64,000 nucleotides of DNA from a virus. Its lineage: Duplodnaviria > Caudoviricetes. A model generated the notes under the pieces. It was not told where the DNA came from and made no database searches. It worked only from the letters and a program-made list of their open reading frames with translations. The translations under genes and the position numbers were made by a program. The stretch spans positions 64,001 to 128,000 of IMG/VR virus record IMGVR_UViG_3300030419_006251; one strand, given 5' to 3'. Positions 25,739 to 33,764 of the stretch are shown piece by piece; positions within the stretch are counted from its first letter, which is position 1; every line of letters begins with the position of its first letter.

Positions 25739-27325
25739 TTAACCTTTATATAACCATTTATATTGTTCGTAGTCTTTTTTTGCGTTATCAAACCTATCTA
25801 AATCTTCTTCTCTCTTATAACCTTCCATCCCTTTGATAGTTGTATTAATGGTTGTATTTGATACAAGCATAGAATTCAATAAAGCTTTTTTATATTCTAC
25901 ATCCCTTTTATTAACTTGTAAAGCCGTATCTCTAACCCAACAACCGATTGCCAACGCCATAATTAAATCATCATTATATCCCCTCATAGCTTGTGGCTTT
26001 CCGTTATACCAAATAAATGTGGTTATCTCCTTAAATGTTCTCTGCGAATAAATAGTAATTAGTTTGTTTCTTATGAACTCTTCAAATTTTGCTACAATAA
26101 TTGGTCTAGTTTTTGTAGAGGTCGTAAACCCTGGAACTGAGTTTGTCATTGACTCAGCCTGATATTGTTCTACAAACTCGTGAGAACTCTTTATTGAAAA
26201 ATACAAATTTGAGTATTCTAGATCGATCAATTTTTCCAGTACCGATATTCCAACGCCCACATTCTCTACTATTAACAAGCATTTTCCGTATTCTGATCCG
26301 GCCTGATATAATATCCTAGAATACATATCTAAGCTGGGCTTACCTTGGTACTCCGCTACTACTTCCATGGTTTCCAGTTTAATGACATGAAATGTCGAGT
26401 TGTCTGCTCCGTCACCTCTCGCAACATCAGCTACTAACAGATATGTGCTCTCGGCCTGATATTTCTCCCATATCCAAAAATTTCTATCAAATCCCGTTCT
26501 GTACACAGGGTCTTTAGTTATTGTGTCCATCCACGCAATGTCGTCTGGATGTATTACAGTTTCACCAGAAGTGTTGAAGTTACATTGAAGTTCTTGCGCA
26601 ATTTCTCTAGAGGACATATTTTTGGTTTCGCGCTCAAACCATGCCTGATCACGATCCGGATGTACATCCCATGGTAAATTTACTGGATGAAATTCGTTTT
26701 CTTCAAGCTCTGCTTCAGAGTATATTTTGTGAAACCAATTACCAACACCATTTGGTGTAGAGAGCGCAATACAACGACCACCAGTAGATAGTGTAGGATA
26801 AAGGCCGGCCCATAATTCTTCTAAGCCCTCAACATGCGCAGCCTCGTCAATTACCAATAATGAAAGAGCTTCGGAACGGCCAGCATCACCAGAAGTTGAG
26901 GATGCCTTGATTTGAGAGCCGTTAGAAAGCTCAAACGAAGTCCTATTGTCAATTGAAATATCAGCGATCTGGAGCCATTCAGGCATTCTCTTAATGATTG
27001 CCTTAACCTTTTTAACCAAGTTAGATGCCGTTCCGAATTTTGTAGCTACAACAAGAATATTTTTGTCGCGATGAAACATCATAAGCCACGCAACATAGCC
27101 AGCTGTAATAGTGGATATTCCAAGCTGACGGGCTTTTAGTATAACCGTAAATCGATGATCATTATAGCTTTTTAAGAGATCCGACTGAAAGTCGTATGTC
27201 CGAAATGGAATTAAGCCTTTTTGCGGATGAGAGATTCTGGCGTAATTGTTCAAGAAGTAACTGGAGTCTTTGCCACATTTAACAATCTCTTTCAAAACTT
27301 CTTCTTTTGAAAGTCTATATGTCAT
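25739..27325 (-). CDS. gp17: Terminase large subunit (T4 gp17 family)
   Basis: Q-motif region (YDFQ), Walker A ILKARQLGIS, Walker B LLVIDEAAHV, coupling motif STPNG, nuclease ADVARGDGADNS and terminal NDDLIMA. Confidence 0.96.
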   Translation of the reverse strand: MTYRLSKEEVLKEIVKCGKDSSYFLNNYARISHPQKGLIPFRTYDFQSDLLKSYNDHRFTVILKARQLGISTITAGYVAWLMMFHRDKNILVVATKFGTASNLVKKVKAIIKRMPEWLQIADISIDNRTSFELSNGSQIKASSTSGDAGRSEALSLLVIDEAAHVEGLEELWAGLYPTLSTGGRCIALSTPNGVGNWFHKIYSEAELEENEFHPVNLPWDVHPDRDQAWFERETKNMSSREIAQELQCNFNTSGETVIHPDDIAWMDTITKDPVYRTGFDRNFWIWEKYQAESTYLLVADVARGDGADNSTFHVIKLETMEVVAEYQGKPSLDMYSRILYQAGSEYGKCLLIVENVGVGISVLEKLIDLEYSNLYFSIKSSHEFVEQYQAESMTNSVPGFTTSTKTRPIIVAKFEEFIRNKLITIYSQRTFKEITTFIWYNGKPQAMRGYNDDLIMALAIGCWVRDTALQVNKRDVEYKKALLNSMLVSNTTINTTIKGMEGYKREEDLDRFDNAKKDYEQYKWLYKG

Positions 27326-27346
27326 CTTATGTTCTCAAAAGCTTTG

Positions 27347-27535
27347 CTATTTACCTTTACGCTCGTGAAGCTCGGCCATAACTTCTGCTCTGAGTTCCTT
27401 TAAATCTCTAATTGCTTCCATGGCGGACTTTCTCACTCTACGGCCGGCCGAAGCGTTACCTTTATCAAACTTTTCTGCGTCTCTAACCGCCAAAGAAAGT
27501 TCGCTAAGAATTTCCTGTAATCTTTCCAATACCAT
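27347..27535 (-). CDS. Histone H1-like nucleoid protein (Hc1 N-terminal domain family)
   Basis: DAEKFDKGNASAGRRVRK....I....KELR matches the Hc1/bacterial 'histone H1' signature (D..K...GN.AAG.R.RK). SD AGGAG. Confidence 0.78.
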   Translation of the reverse strand: MVLERLQEILSELSLAVRDAEKFDKGNASAGRRVRKSAMEAIRDLKELRAEVMAELHERKGK

Positions 27536-27536
27536 C

Positions 27537-28115
27537 TTACTTCTCCTTTCTAGTTACATTCTTTGGCTTTTTAGTGTTGGGATACTTGTCTTTGCCAATT
27601 GCCAAAAACTTCTTGATTGCCGCGTCCAGCCTTTCTTCGGAGGAAGAGCCCTCTTCATAATTAGGATCCCGCTCGACATCCGATAAGCCGCCAATTTTAT
27701 AATATCTAAAGGCCTGAACCCAAGCTCTAACGCGAGAAGTGCTTTGCACATCTACCTGAACTTCCGCATCGGGGCTTAGCGTTAGTGAGTTTCCAGTTAC
27801 TTTTTTGTACTCTTTCTTAAGAAATTTAGCAATATCGTTAATCATATCTTCTATATTAGATTCAAATTTGCTGTCGTGAATATCTTTAATTTTAATCTCA
27901 CCATGATAATGAATGCAAAGTAATGGGCCTTGAAACTTAATGCGAAAGCCGTCTAATACTCTAGAATCCAAGATCGGGTCGCCCTCTTCTCTCTTGAGGC
28001 CAACTTTGTGTTCTTCTCCATCGAGAGAGTACTTTTTATCGTGGGCGCCGTCATAAGAGTTTGCAGCTGCCTGCGCGATTCCTCTAATAATGTCTAATGT
28101 ATTTGATTTTGCCAT
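27537..28115 (-). CDS. Hypothetical protein upstream of Hc1 and terminase
   Basis: Compact ORF with AAGGA upstream, coupled to the Hc1 gene. No family recognised. Confidence 0.7.
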   Translation of the reverse strand: MAKSNTLDIIRGIAQAAANSYDGAHDKKYSLDGEEHKVGLKREEGDPILDSRVLDGFRIKFQGPLLCIHYHGEIKIKDIHDSKFESNIEDMINDIAKFLKKEYKKVTGNSLTLSPDAEVQVDVQSTSRVRAWVQAFRYYKIGGLSDVERDPNYEEGSSSEERLDAAIKKFLAIGKDKYPNTKKPKNVTRKEK

Positions 28116-28131
28116 TTATTTGTTTCCTTGC

Positions 28132-28233
28132 TTATTTTTTACAATCACAACTGTCACATCCACAACAGCCGCAACAGCAACAACAGTGTTTGTCATTCAA
28201 TAAGTTTACTAATCTGTGTAATACTTTTTTCAT
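28132..28233 (-). CDS. 33-aa cysteine-rich, metallothionein-like peptide (not in ORF track)
   Basis: Manual translation: MKKVLHRLVNLLNDKHCCCCCGCCGCDSCDCKK*. AAGGA upstream and ACTAATTA 21 nt upstream. Fills an otherwise empty gap of about 180 nt. Confidence 0.72.
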   Translation of the reverse strand: MKKVLHRLVNLLNDKHCCCCCGCCGCDSCDCKK

Positions 28234-28253
28234 TTTGTTTGCTTTCCTTATTA

Positions 28254-28261
28254 TAATTAGT
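28254..28261 (-). promoter_or_regulatory. ACTAATTA candidate late promoter heading the peptide-Hc1-terminase-portal unit
   Basis: 21 nt upstream of the ATG at 28233. Confidence 0.55.
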
Positions 28262-28297
28262 TACTTGTTTGTCTCTTCGACAATTCTTTTTCCTTCT

Positions 28298-28669
28298 TTA
28301 TGGGAACATCGCCTTCACATATTGAAACACTTCCATCTTTGCTCGCTCAAATTCCTCTTTATCTTCACCAAAGTATCCTGATGCGAACCACTGATCGACA
28401 TCCTCAACTAAAATTCTATCATATTCCCACATCTTGCCGAGGCCGGTCGCTTTGTTCGCTTCCTCCATCATTTCGTACAAAGGTTCAGACAAAGGGCTTT
28501 TCCAACTAGCTCTAACTCTATCAGACATGCCCTCGCTTATCGACTTTCCGCTTCTTGTATGGTTGCCTGGGGTTGTATATTCAACCAACGCATCAATGGC
28601 ATTAGACATGCTTGCAAGTATATTTATTGCCTCTTGAATTTGCTTTTGTTTATTATTTTTATTGCTCAT
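28298..28669 (-). CDS. Hypothetical protein
   Basis: Start moved to MSNKNNKQ at 28669 (GGAG 6 nt upstream, 11-nt overlap with the upstream stop). Confidence 0.55.
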   Translation of the reverse strand: MSNKNNKQKQIQEAINILASMSNAIDALVEYTTPGNHTRSGKSISEGMSDRVRASWKSPLSEPLYEMMEEANKATGLGKMWEYDRILVEDVDQWFASGYFGEDKEEFERAKMEVFQYVKAMFP

Positions 28670-29051
28670 TTTTATCTCCTGGGCGCCATCCGGATTCCCA
28701 TCGAGTCTCCCGATCTTCAACATACTGTACATAACACTTGAAGCAACAATCGTACTTATTCATATAAACATCATCTTTGCTACTAAAAGAGTATACAGCA
28801 CATGTAGGGCATGTACGATTACTATCTTTATTAAGTAGATTTTTCGATATCAAAAAACCACTTAATTCAATCTTCTCAATTTTTTTCTGTAGCAGGTCTG
28901 TCTTTTCTTGCAGCTTCTTTATCTGCTCTTTATATTCTTCCTCTTTTTCTTTTGTCCATAAGTTCTTAGGATTTTGTACTGCTTCTGGGCCGTACTTATC
29001 TGATATTGCCTTTTCAAGATTCGCTATATAATTTAAATCTTTTTTTCCCAT
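28659..29051 (-). CDS. Hypothetical protein with CxxC...CCxxC putative zinc site
   Basis: Start moved to MGKKDLNY at 29051 (TAATG coupling). Contains CPTC...YDCCFKCY...RW.SGWRP. Confidence 0.65.
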   Translation of the reverse strand: MGKKDLNYIANLEKAISDKYGPEAVQNPKNLWTKEKEEEYKEQIKKLQEKTDLLQKKIEKIELSGFLISKNLLNKDSNRTCPTCAVYSFSSKDDVYMNKYDCCFKCYVQYVEDRETRWESGWRPGDKNEQ

Positions 29052-29512
29052 TATCGTTGAATTTCCTGCGATGCGAACAAAACGCCCAAAGTAAGTCCGA
29101 TGCCAGTTACAATGCCGCCAGCTAGCCACCAATGATTATTTCTATTTGGTTGTTCTAAAGCCATGTCGCGATATGTGTCTATTTCTTGCTGTTTAATATC
29201 CATCAAAAGATCGTGTCTTTCCGTCAAAGAATCATAGCTAACTTGTAACATATCAAGCTGAAGTTGATATCTGGCTTCTGTCTTATTAATCTCAAATTCT
29301 ACTCGCAAATCACACTCAGACATGCTAAATTGACTTTCCGCAATCAATGTGGCAGTTGCGGCCGGATTAAATAAAGTCCCATCGAAAGGAGCCGGATCTC
29401 CTTCTTCAACATGTGTATATTGTGGTGCCTCATCTGCATATGCAATTGGTGCTGCTATTAAATTAGTTGAAATTATGAGAGTAAAAATCTTATTCCACAT
29501 ATTCAAATCCAA
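29051..29512 (-). CDS. Exported coiled-coil protein with C-terminal TM anchor (spanin-like?)
   Basis: Signal-peptide-like MWNKIFTLIISTNLIAAPIAYA|DE (start may be 29500), a coiled coil, and C-terminal WWLAGGIVTGIGLTLGVLFAS. Confidence 0.55.
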   Translation of the reverse strand: MDLNMWNKIFTLIISTNLIAAPIAYADEAPQYTHVEEGDPAPFDGTLFNPAATATLIAESQFSMSECDLRVEFEINKTEARYQLQLDMLQVSYDSLTERHDLLMDIKQQEIDTYRDMALEQPNRNNHWWLAGGIVTGIGLTLGVLFASQEIQR

Positions 29513-29906
29513 ACTCCTCTTTTAAAGCCTCGTTAAGGCTCTCTTTGTTGCCGGCGTGAGAATCTACAAGCTCCTTAATGCGCGCCCGTTTTTCGAAAGT
29601 AAGTTTGTCTCTCTCGTTTTGATATCGAACCTCTATAGAGTCCATTACTTTCTGGTATTGTTCGACAGCCTCTGCTTTTCTCTGCTGTTCTTCTGCATGT
29701 GTTTTATTTATCGCTTCGATTTCGTCTTCGTAACTTTTTCTAGTAGTTTCAAGTACCTTAAGCATGGCCTTTGCATTTTTTCTAGAAACAAACCAAATTA
29801 CTATCGTCCATATGACGAGTGCTACAATTTTCCAATGATGTTTGGACCATACCCAAGCCTTCTTAACAAAAAGCTTGGTGGCCTCCCAAGTTAACCAACT
29901 CATCAT
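29490..29906 (-). CDS. N-terminally anchored coiled-coil membrane protein (i-spanin-like)
   Basis: TM segment WKIVALVIWTIVIWFV followed by a long charged coiled coil. Directly after the holin-like gene. Confidence 0.55.
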   Translation of the reverse strand: MMSWLTWEATKLFVKKAWVWSKHHWKIVALVIWTIVIWFVSRKNAKAMLKVLETTRKSYEDEIEAINKTHAEEQQRKAEAVEQYQKVMDSIEVRYQNERDKLTFEKRARIKELVDSHAGNKESLNEALKEEFGFEYVE

Positions 29907-30103
29907 TATTCTCCAGAATCGCCAAATCGATAAGCTTTCATTACATCTACAACACTTTGGCCTGCAATGTATACTACAGCGATCATGCCCCAGGTTTCAG
30001 AATCCAAATCAGACCACATCATTAAACCAGTTGCAGTCAAAAATGTAAATAGCTTACGAGAGACGGCTTTTTCTAAAATTCGATCAAGAGTACCTTTTCT
30101 CAT
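29906..30103 (-). CDS. Putative two-TM holin
   Basis: 65 aa: SRKLFTFLTATGLMMWS-short loop-WGMIAVVYIAGQSVVD. ACTAATTA 20 nt upstream. Confidence 0.6.
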   Translation of the reverse strand: MRKGTLDRILEKAVSRKLFTFLTATGLMMWSDLDSETWGMIAVVYIAGQSVVDVMKAYRFGDSGE

Positions 30104-30122
30104 TACAAATTCCTCCTGACCT

Positions 30123-30130
30123 TAATTAGT
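30123..30130 (-). promoter_or_regulatory. ACTAATTA candidate late promoter for the membrane/lysis cluster
   Basis: 20 nt upstream of the ATG at 30103, with SD AGGAGG between them. Confidence 0.55.
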
Positions 30131-30394
30131 TTATTTTTCTGTTTGAAGGCTAGAATTTAAATATTTTTGAAATGTTTGTGTGAAAAACTTGTGAAATCTC
30201 TTGTTACTCCAGCGTTTAAGTCCTTGCTGCTCTTTAAACCAGTTCATAAATTCTTCACTCATTTCAACATTAACAGTGCCAGAGCCATCCTCGTTCTCTT
30301 TCACGCCAACAATCTTTACTTTAAAATTGCCGGCATCAATGTGTTTCTTCACCTCCATTATGTCTCTTAAGCTCAACTTTTTAATATCGGACAT
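30131..30394 (-). CDS. Hypothetical protein
   Basis: Start moved to MSDIKK at 30394 (AAGGAGGG upstream). Overlaps the SbcDC stop. Confidence 0.6.
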   Translation of the reverse strand: MSDIKKLSLRDIMEVKKHIDAGNFKVKIVGVKENEDGSGTVNVEMSEEFMNWFKEQQGLKRWSNKRFHKFFTQTFQKYLNSSLQTEK

Positions 30395-33300
30395 GTGCAA
30401 AACCCTCCTTTTTATCAATATTAATAATTATATCTGCGTTGTCTTTTAGTGTATCCATGTGCGATATTAACAATACAGTCTTATAATAGCTTTTAATCAT
30501 ATCCAAGATTCTAATAAACCCTTCCATGTTTTCTGCGTCTAACGCGGTGCCGGGCTCGTCTAAAATAAATAGATCTCCCTTTGGTAAATTAGACACAGAC
30601 AATAAAGCTATTCGAATTGCCATAGATGCAATGGTTTTTTCTGCTCCGGAGCCCATTTCAATCGGTCTCGGATCATGTTTTGGGTGTTTGATAAAAATAT
30701 TTAACTTCTTACCATCATCTTCAAAATATACATCAAAATTAACAATGTTTGCTAGTGTTTTAGCAATTTCTTCGTTAATGATTGGAAGTTTTCGCTTAAT
30801 AATATCGTAAGCAATTCCATTTGAATGCATGCAGCGCATATAAAGATCAAAAGCCGAATATTCATCGTGTAAATTGTGGTATTCCTGCTTTTGTTCTTCT
30901 AAGTTTCGCAACTTTTGCTCTAGAGAACCGTGTTCTACATACAATGTAGTTAAATTGTCTTCACACTCAACCTTTTCAGAAGCCAAAGTAGCAATTGTTG
31001 CCTTCATTTTGTTTGATTTGGCGATTAAAGATTCTAAATTATCTATTGCTTTCTTATTTTTATCATATTCAACTACCTTTTCGCGCAAATCAACTAAATT
31101 ATTTGACACCTTTTCCAAAGAATTGGTATTTCGCTCAATAGATAAGTTTAATTCCGCAATCTTAGTAGTGACCTCTGTTCGTTTCTTTAAAATATTATTA
31201 TATTTTTCTATATGCCCGAAGACAACTTCAGGATTCAATTTATTTAGCGCCGCTGTGGTGTTTTTTTGCTCGGCAGCTACTTGTGAACGGGACGCAACAG
31301 CAACATTGGCATCTCTAATAAACTTGCATTTCGGAAAGGAATCACCGCAAGGAATTCCATCTAACAATTTTGCCTTTTTATCCGCATTTTCTATCTCTTT
31401 TTCCAAGTTAGTGATGTTGTTCTTTAGAAGAACAATCTCTTCTTTCTGCAGTTCCAGTTCTTCGATATCCATGCTGTCTATAAAGTTTGCGATTTTCTCA
31501 AAAAGCTCTGTTCGTATCTTAAGATCTTGTCTTTCTTCGACAATCTTAGACTGTAGCGACATCTGTTGTGCTTCTAATTTTCGTATCTCGTTTTTTGTCT
31601 TTACGATATCAATCACTTCAACAGGAATTGAGCCAATTTTAGCTTGAATTTTTGATAATTTCTCGTCAACTTTATTAATCGATGTTTGGTGTGCTTCGCA
31701 TTTGTTCTTGTATTGTGTGATATTGTCTTCACTTTCACACAACTCGATTGTCGCGGCTGCGATCTCTTCATCAAACTCCTTATCTTGCAATCTTCTTAGG
31801 GCGCCCCTCAAATCACTGGCGTCTTCTTTCGCTAGCTTATACTTTTTCTCGAAGATTTCTAAATCCAAAAATTTCGCTAAAATTTCCTTGCGGCGAGTTG
31901 AACCTTCATTGATAAATGTTAAGGAGTCAAGCTGACTCGCCATCGAAGATAGTAAAAAATCATCTAAAGTTCCAAACTTTTTACGAATGTTTTTATCTGT
32001 TTCTATTCTGCTAAGACCATTTAAGCTCTGTGTTGCTCCCACTGCCTGATCGGTACATTCAAAGTTGACATCAGTTTTAGCTTCTAGCGTTTCTTCACCT
32101 TTTAACCTCTTGACATACTTTTCTGATATTCGACTAATCTTATAGGACTTTTCACCAATGGAGATATCAATTTCTCCCATGCACGATTGTCTATTTTGAT
32201 TAATAACATTAAGGTTTTTGCGTTCATTTTTAGAAGTCGAGTTAAACATAGTGTAGAGAATAGAATCAATAATACTACTCTTTCCGCTATAATTCTTGCC
32301 GAAGATTCCAACAACACCGTTAAGTTTAGAAAAGTCAATTATATTGCCTTTTCCGTAATTAAACAGGTTGTCCCACTTTACCGAATTCAACTTCCAATTA
32401 ACATTTCTGCTAACTTCTTCCTCCTGTTCCGCTAACTGATTATATTTGCCATTTAGCGATAATACGCGCTCCATAAGAGCTTCGCCAACCTCATAATCCT
32501 TCAAATACTCACGCATTAGTTTTTCTTGTACGGCAGTATCACGAAGATTTTCTTTAACAATTGTGTTTGTTAAAGAATCCACGCTTCCTCGCTGTCCAGA
32601 AGCCCTATTTAAAAATGTGATAGCTTCGGGGCGGAAGCGATGCTTTGCAATGTCAACGGCGCGCCTCATGCGAGCTAGAGGAAGGTTATTGTTCGAAACA
32701 AGCCTTAATCGAGCCCCCTTGGGAATCTTTGTACCCTTTGGAAGCCGGCCTTTTGGAGTTAGCTCGATAGTAACAAATGGCTTTGGATTTTTAAAAGCAA
32801 CATGCTCACATGTGAAATTATCTTTATCTTGAATGTCCCACAATAACAGGCCCTTGTCATTCGTTTCGCCATGATTTTGCTGAATTGTGCTTCCGGGGTA
32901 CCGAATTCGACCTTCTCGGTCTAAAGCCTGATTTGTTTTGTGAATATCGCCCAAAAAAGCAAAATCAAACTGTTTGAAAATAGAGACATTATGTTCTCCA
33001 TGTTCCATAACCCATCCAATATCGGTCTTAACTCCGGAAATTGAGCCATGATATAGCGCAATATTGATCTTATCTGGATCTGATGGTTCACACCAATTAT
33101 CTTCATCAAAAACAGATAATACATTTAAACAGAATTTGCCATTTAAATCAGTCTCGCCAGAATTCTTCAATAAATATAAGTCTGGTAGACTGAGTGCTTC
33201 CACAATTGGCGTTAATGCATCTTGTCTACTGCTATTTTTAAGATTACCATCGTGATTTCCCAAGATAATATATGTTGGCGCGATAGCTGCTAAATTACGA

Positions 33301-33491
33301 AAAAACTCCGAGCACATTTCGACAAATTCTGGCGAGATCTGTGTCTTTGTATGAGCAATATCTCCGCAATGAACAATATAATCTACCTTTTCTTCTTTTA
33401 GTTTCTCATATAGTTGTTCAAAAATTACGCGATATTCGTAATGGTATTTTAAATTTTTTATGTGCGTATCCGCAATGTGCGCGAACTTCAA
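30381..33491 (-). CDS. Fused Mre11/SbcD nuclease - Rad50/SbcC ATPase (gp47-gp46-like) recombination protein
   Basis: N-terminal phosphoesterase motifs ADTH, GDIAH, GNHD, LYHG, GDIH. Then Walker A GKNYSGKS, a long coiled coil, signature MGSGAEK, Walker B FILDEP and H-loop LISH, all in one uninterrupted frame. Confidence 0.93.
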   Translation of the reverse strand: MKFAHIADTHIKNLKYHYEYRVIFEQLYEKLKEEKVDYIVHCGDIAHTKTQISPEFVEMCSEFFRNLAAIAPTYIILGNHDGNLKNSSRQDALTPIVEALSLPDLYLLKNSGETDLNGKFCLNVLSVFDEDNWCEPSDPDKINIALYHGSISGVKTDIGWVMEHGEHNVSIFKQFDFAFLGDIHKTNQALDREGRIRYPGSTIQQNHGETNDKGLLLWDIQDKDNFTCEHVAFKNPKPFVTIELTPKGRLPKGTKIPKGARLRLVSNNNLPLARMRRAVDIAKHRFRPEAITFLNRASGQRGSVDSLTNTIVKENLRDTAVQEKLMREYLKDYEVGEALMERVLSLNGKYNQLAEQEEEVSRNVNWKLNSVKWDNLFNYGKGNIIDFSKLNGVVGIFGKNYSGKSSIIDSILYTMFNSTSKNERKNLNVINQNRQSCMGEIDISIGEKSYKISRISEKYVKRLKGEETLEAKTDVNFECTDQAVGATQSLNGLSRIETDKNIRKKFGTLDDFLLSSMASQLDSLTFINEGSTRRKEILAKFLDLEIFEKKYKLAKEDASDLRGALRRLQDKEFDEEIAAATIELCESEDNITQYKNKCEAHQTSINKVDEKLSKIQAKIGSIPVEVIDIVKTKNEIRKLEAQQMSLQSKIVEERQDLKIRTELFEKIANFIDSMDIEELELQKEEIVLLKNNITNLEKEIENADKKAKLLDGIPCGDSFPKCKFIRDANVAVASRSQVAAEQKNTTAALNKLNPEVVFGHIEKYNNILKKRTEVTTKIAELNLSIERNTNSLEKVSNNLVDLREKVVEYDKNKKAIDNLESLIAKSNKMKATIATLASEKVECEDNLTTLYVEHGSLEQKLRNLEEQKQEYHNLHDEYSAFDLYMRCMHSNGIAYDIIKRKLPIINEEIAKTLANIVNFDVYFEDDGKKLNIFIKHPKHDPRPIEMGSGAEKTIASMAIRIALLSVSNLPKGDLFILDEPGTALDAENMEGFIRILDMIKSYYKTVLLISHMDTLKDNADIIINIDKKEGFAHVRY

Positions 33492-33501
33492 GTGTCACCC
33501 C

Positions 33502-33711
33502 TTAGTATACTGGATGATCCCAATGATCCCAGTTGTTGGTCTTTTGGCGAAGCTCTTTTTCTCTCTGACGCTGATATTCTCTGACCTCGCTCTTAAGCTT
33601 GTTTCGGTCTTCCATCATAAATCCAGAGAATATTCCAAACAAATACACTGCTGCATAGCTACAAATTAACGCAAACAGCAAGCTTGGATGCATTGTCTCA
33701 ATAGTATTCAA
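33502..33711 (-). CDS. Small membrane protein, hypothetical
   Basis: TTG start with AAGGTG upstream (an ATG 6 codons later is an alternative). One TM segment and a charged tail. First gene after a sigma70-type promoter. Confidence 0.55.
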   Translation of the reverse strand: MNTIETMHPSLLFALICSYAAVYLFGIFSGFMMEDRNKLKSEVREYQRQREKELRQKTNNWDHWDHPVY

Positions 33712-33727
33712 ACTTCACCTTATATCA

Positions 33728-33756
33728 AATGTAACACATGTGGTAAAATCTGTCAA
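33728..33756 (-). promoter_or_regulatory. Sigma70-type promoter TTGACA-17-TACATT with extended -10 TG
   Basis: Perfect -35, 17-nt spacer, TGn directly before TACATT. Intergenic and upstream of the SbcDC unit. Confidence 0.75.
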
Positions 33757-33764
33757 GACTTTTC

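Noticed and set aside
28097-28381. + strand ORF with a poly-Gln run (QSQLSHPQQPQQQQQ)
   Set aside because: It is the antisense of the Cys-rich micro-gene (TGT/TGC read as CAA/CAG frames). The minus-strand ORF has the SD, the late motif and the operon orientation.
25739-33491. Inteins, introns or homing endonucleases in terminase, SbcDC or primase
   Set aside because: Motif spacing is continuous. I saw no C...HN intein ends, LAGLIDADG, HNH or GIY-YIG motifs, and no interrupted frames.
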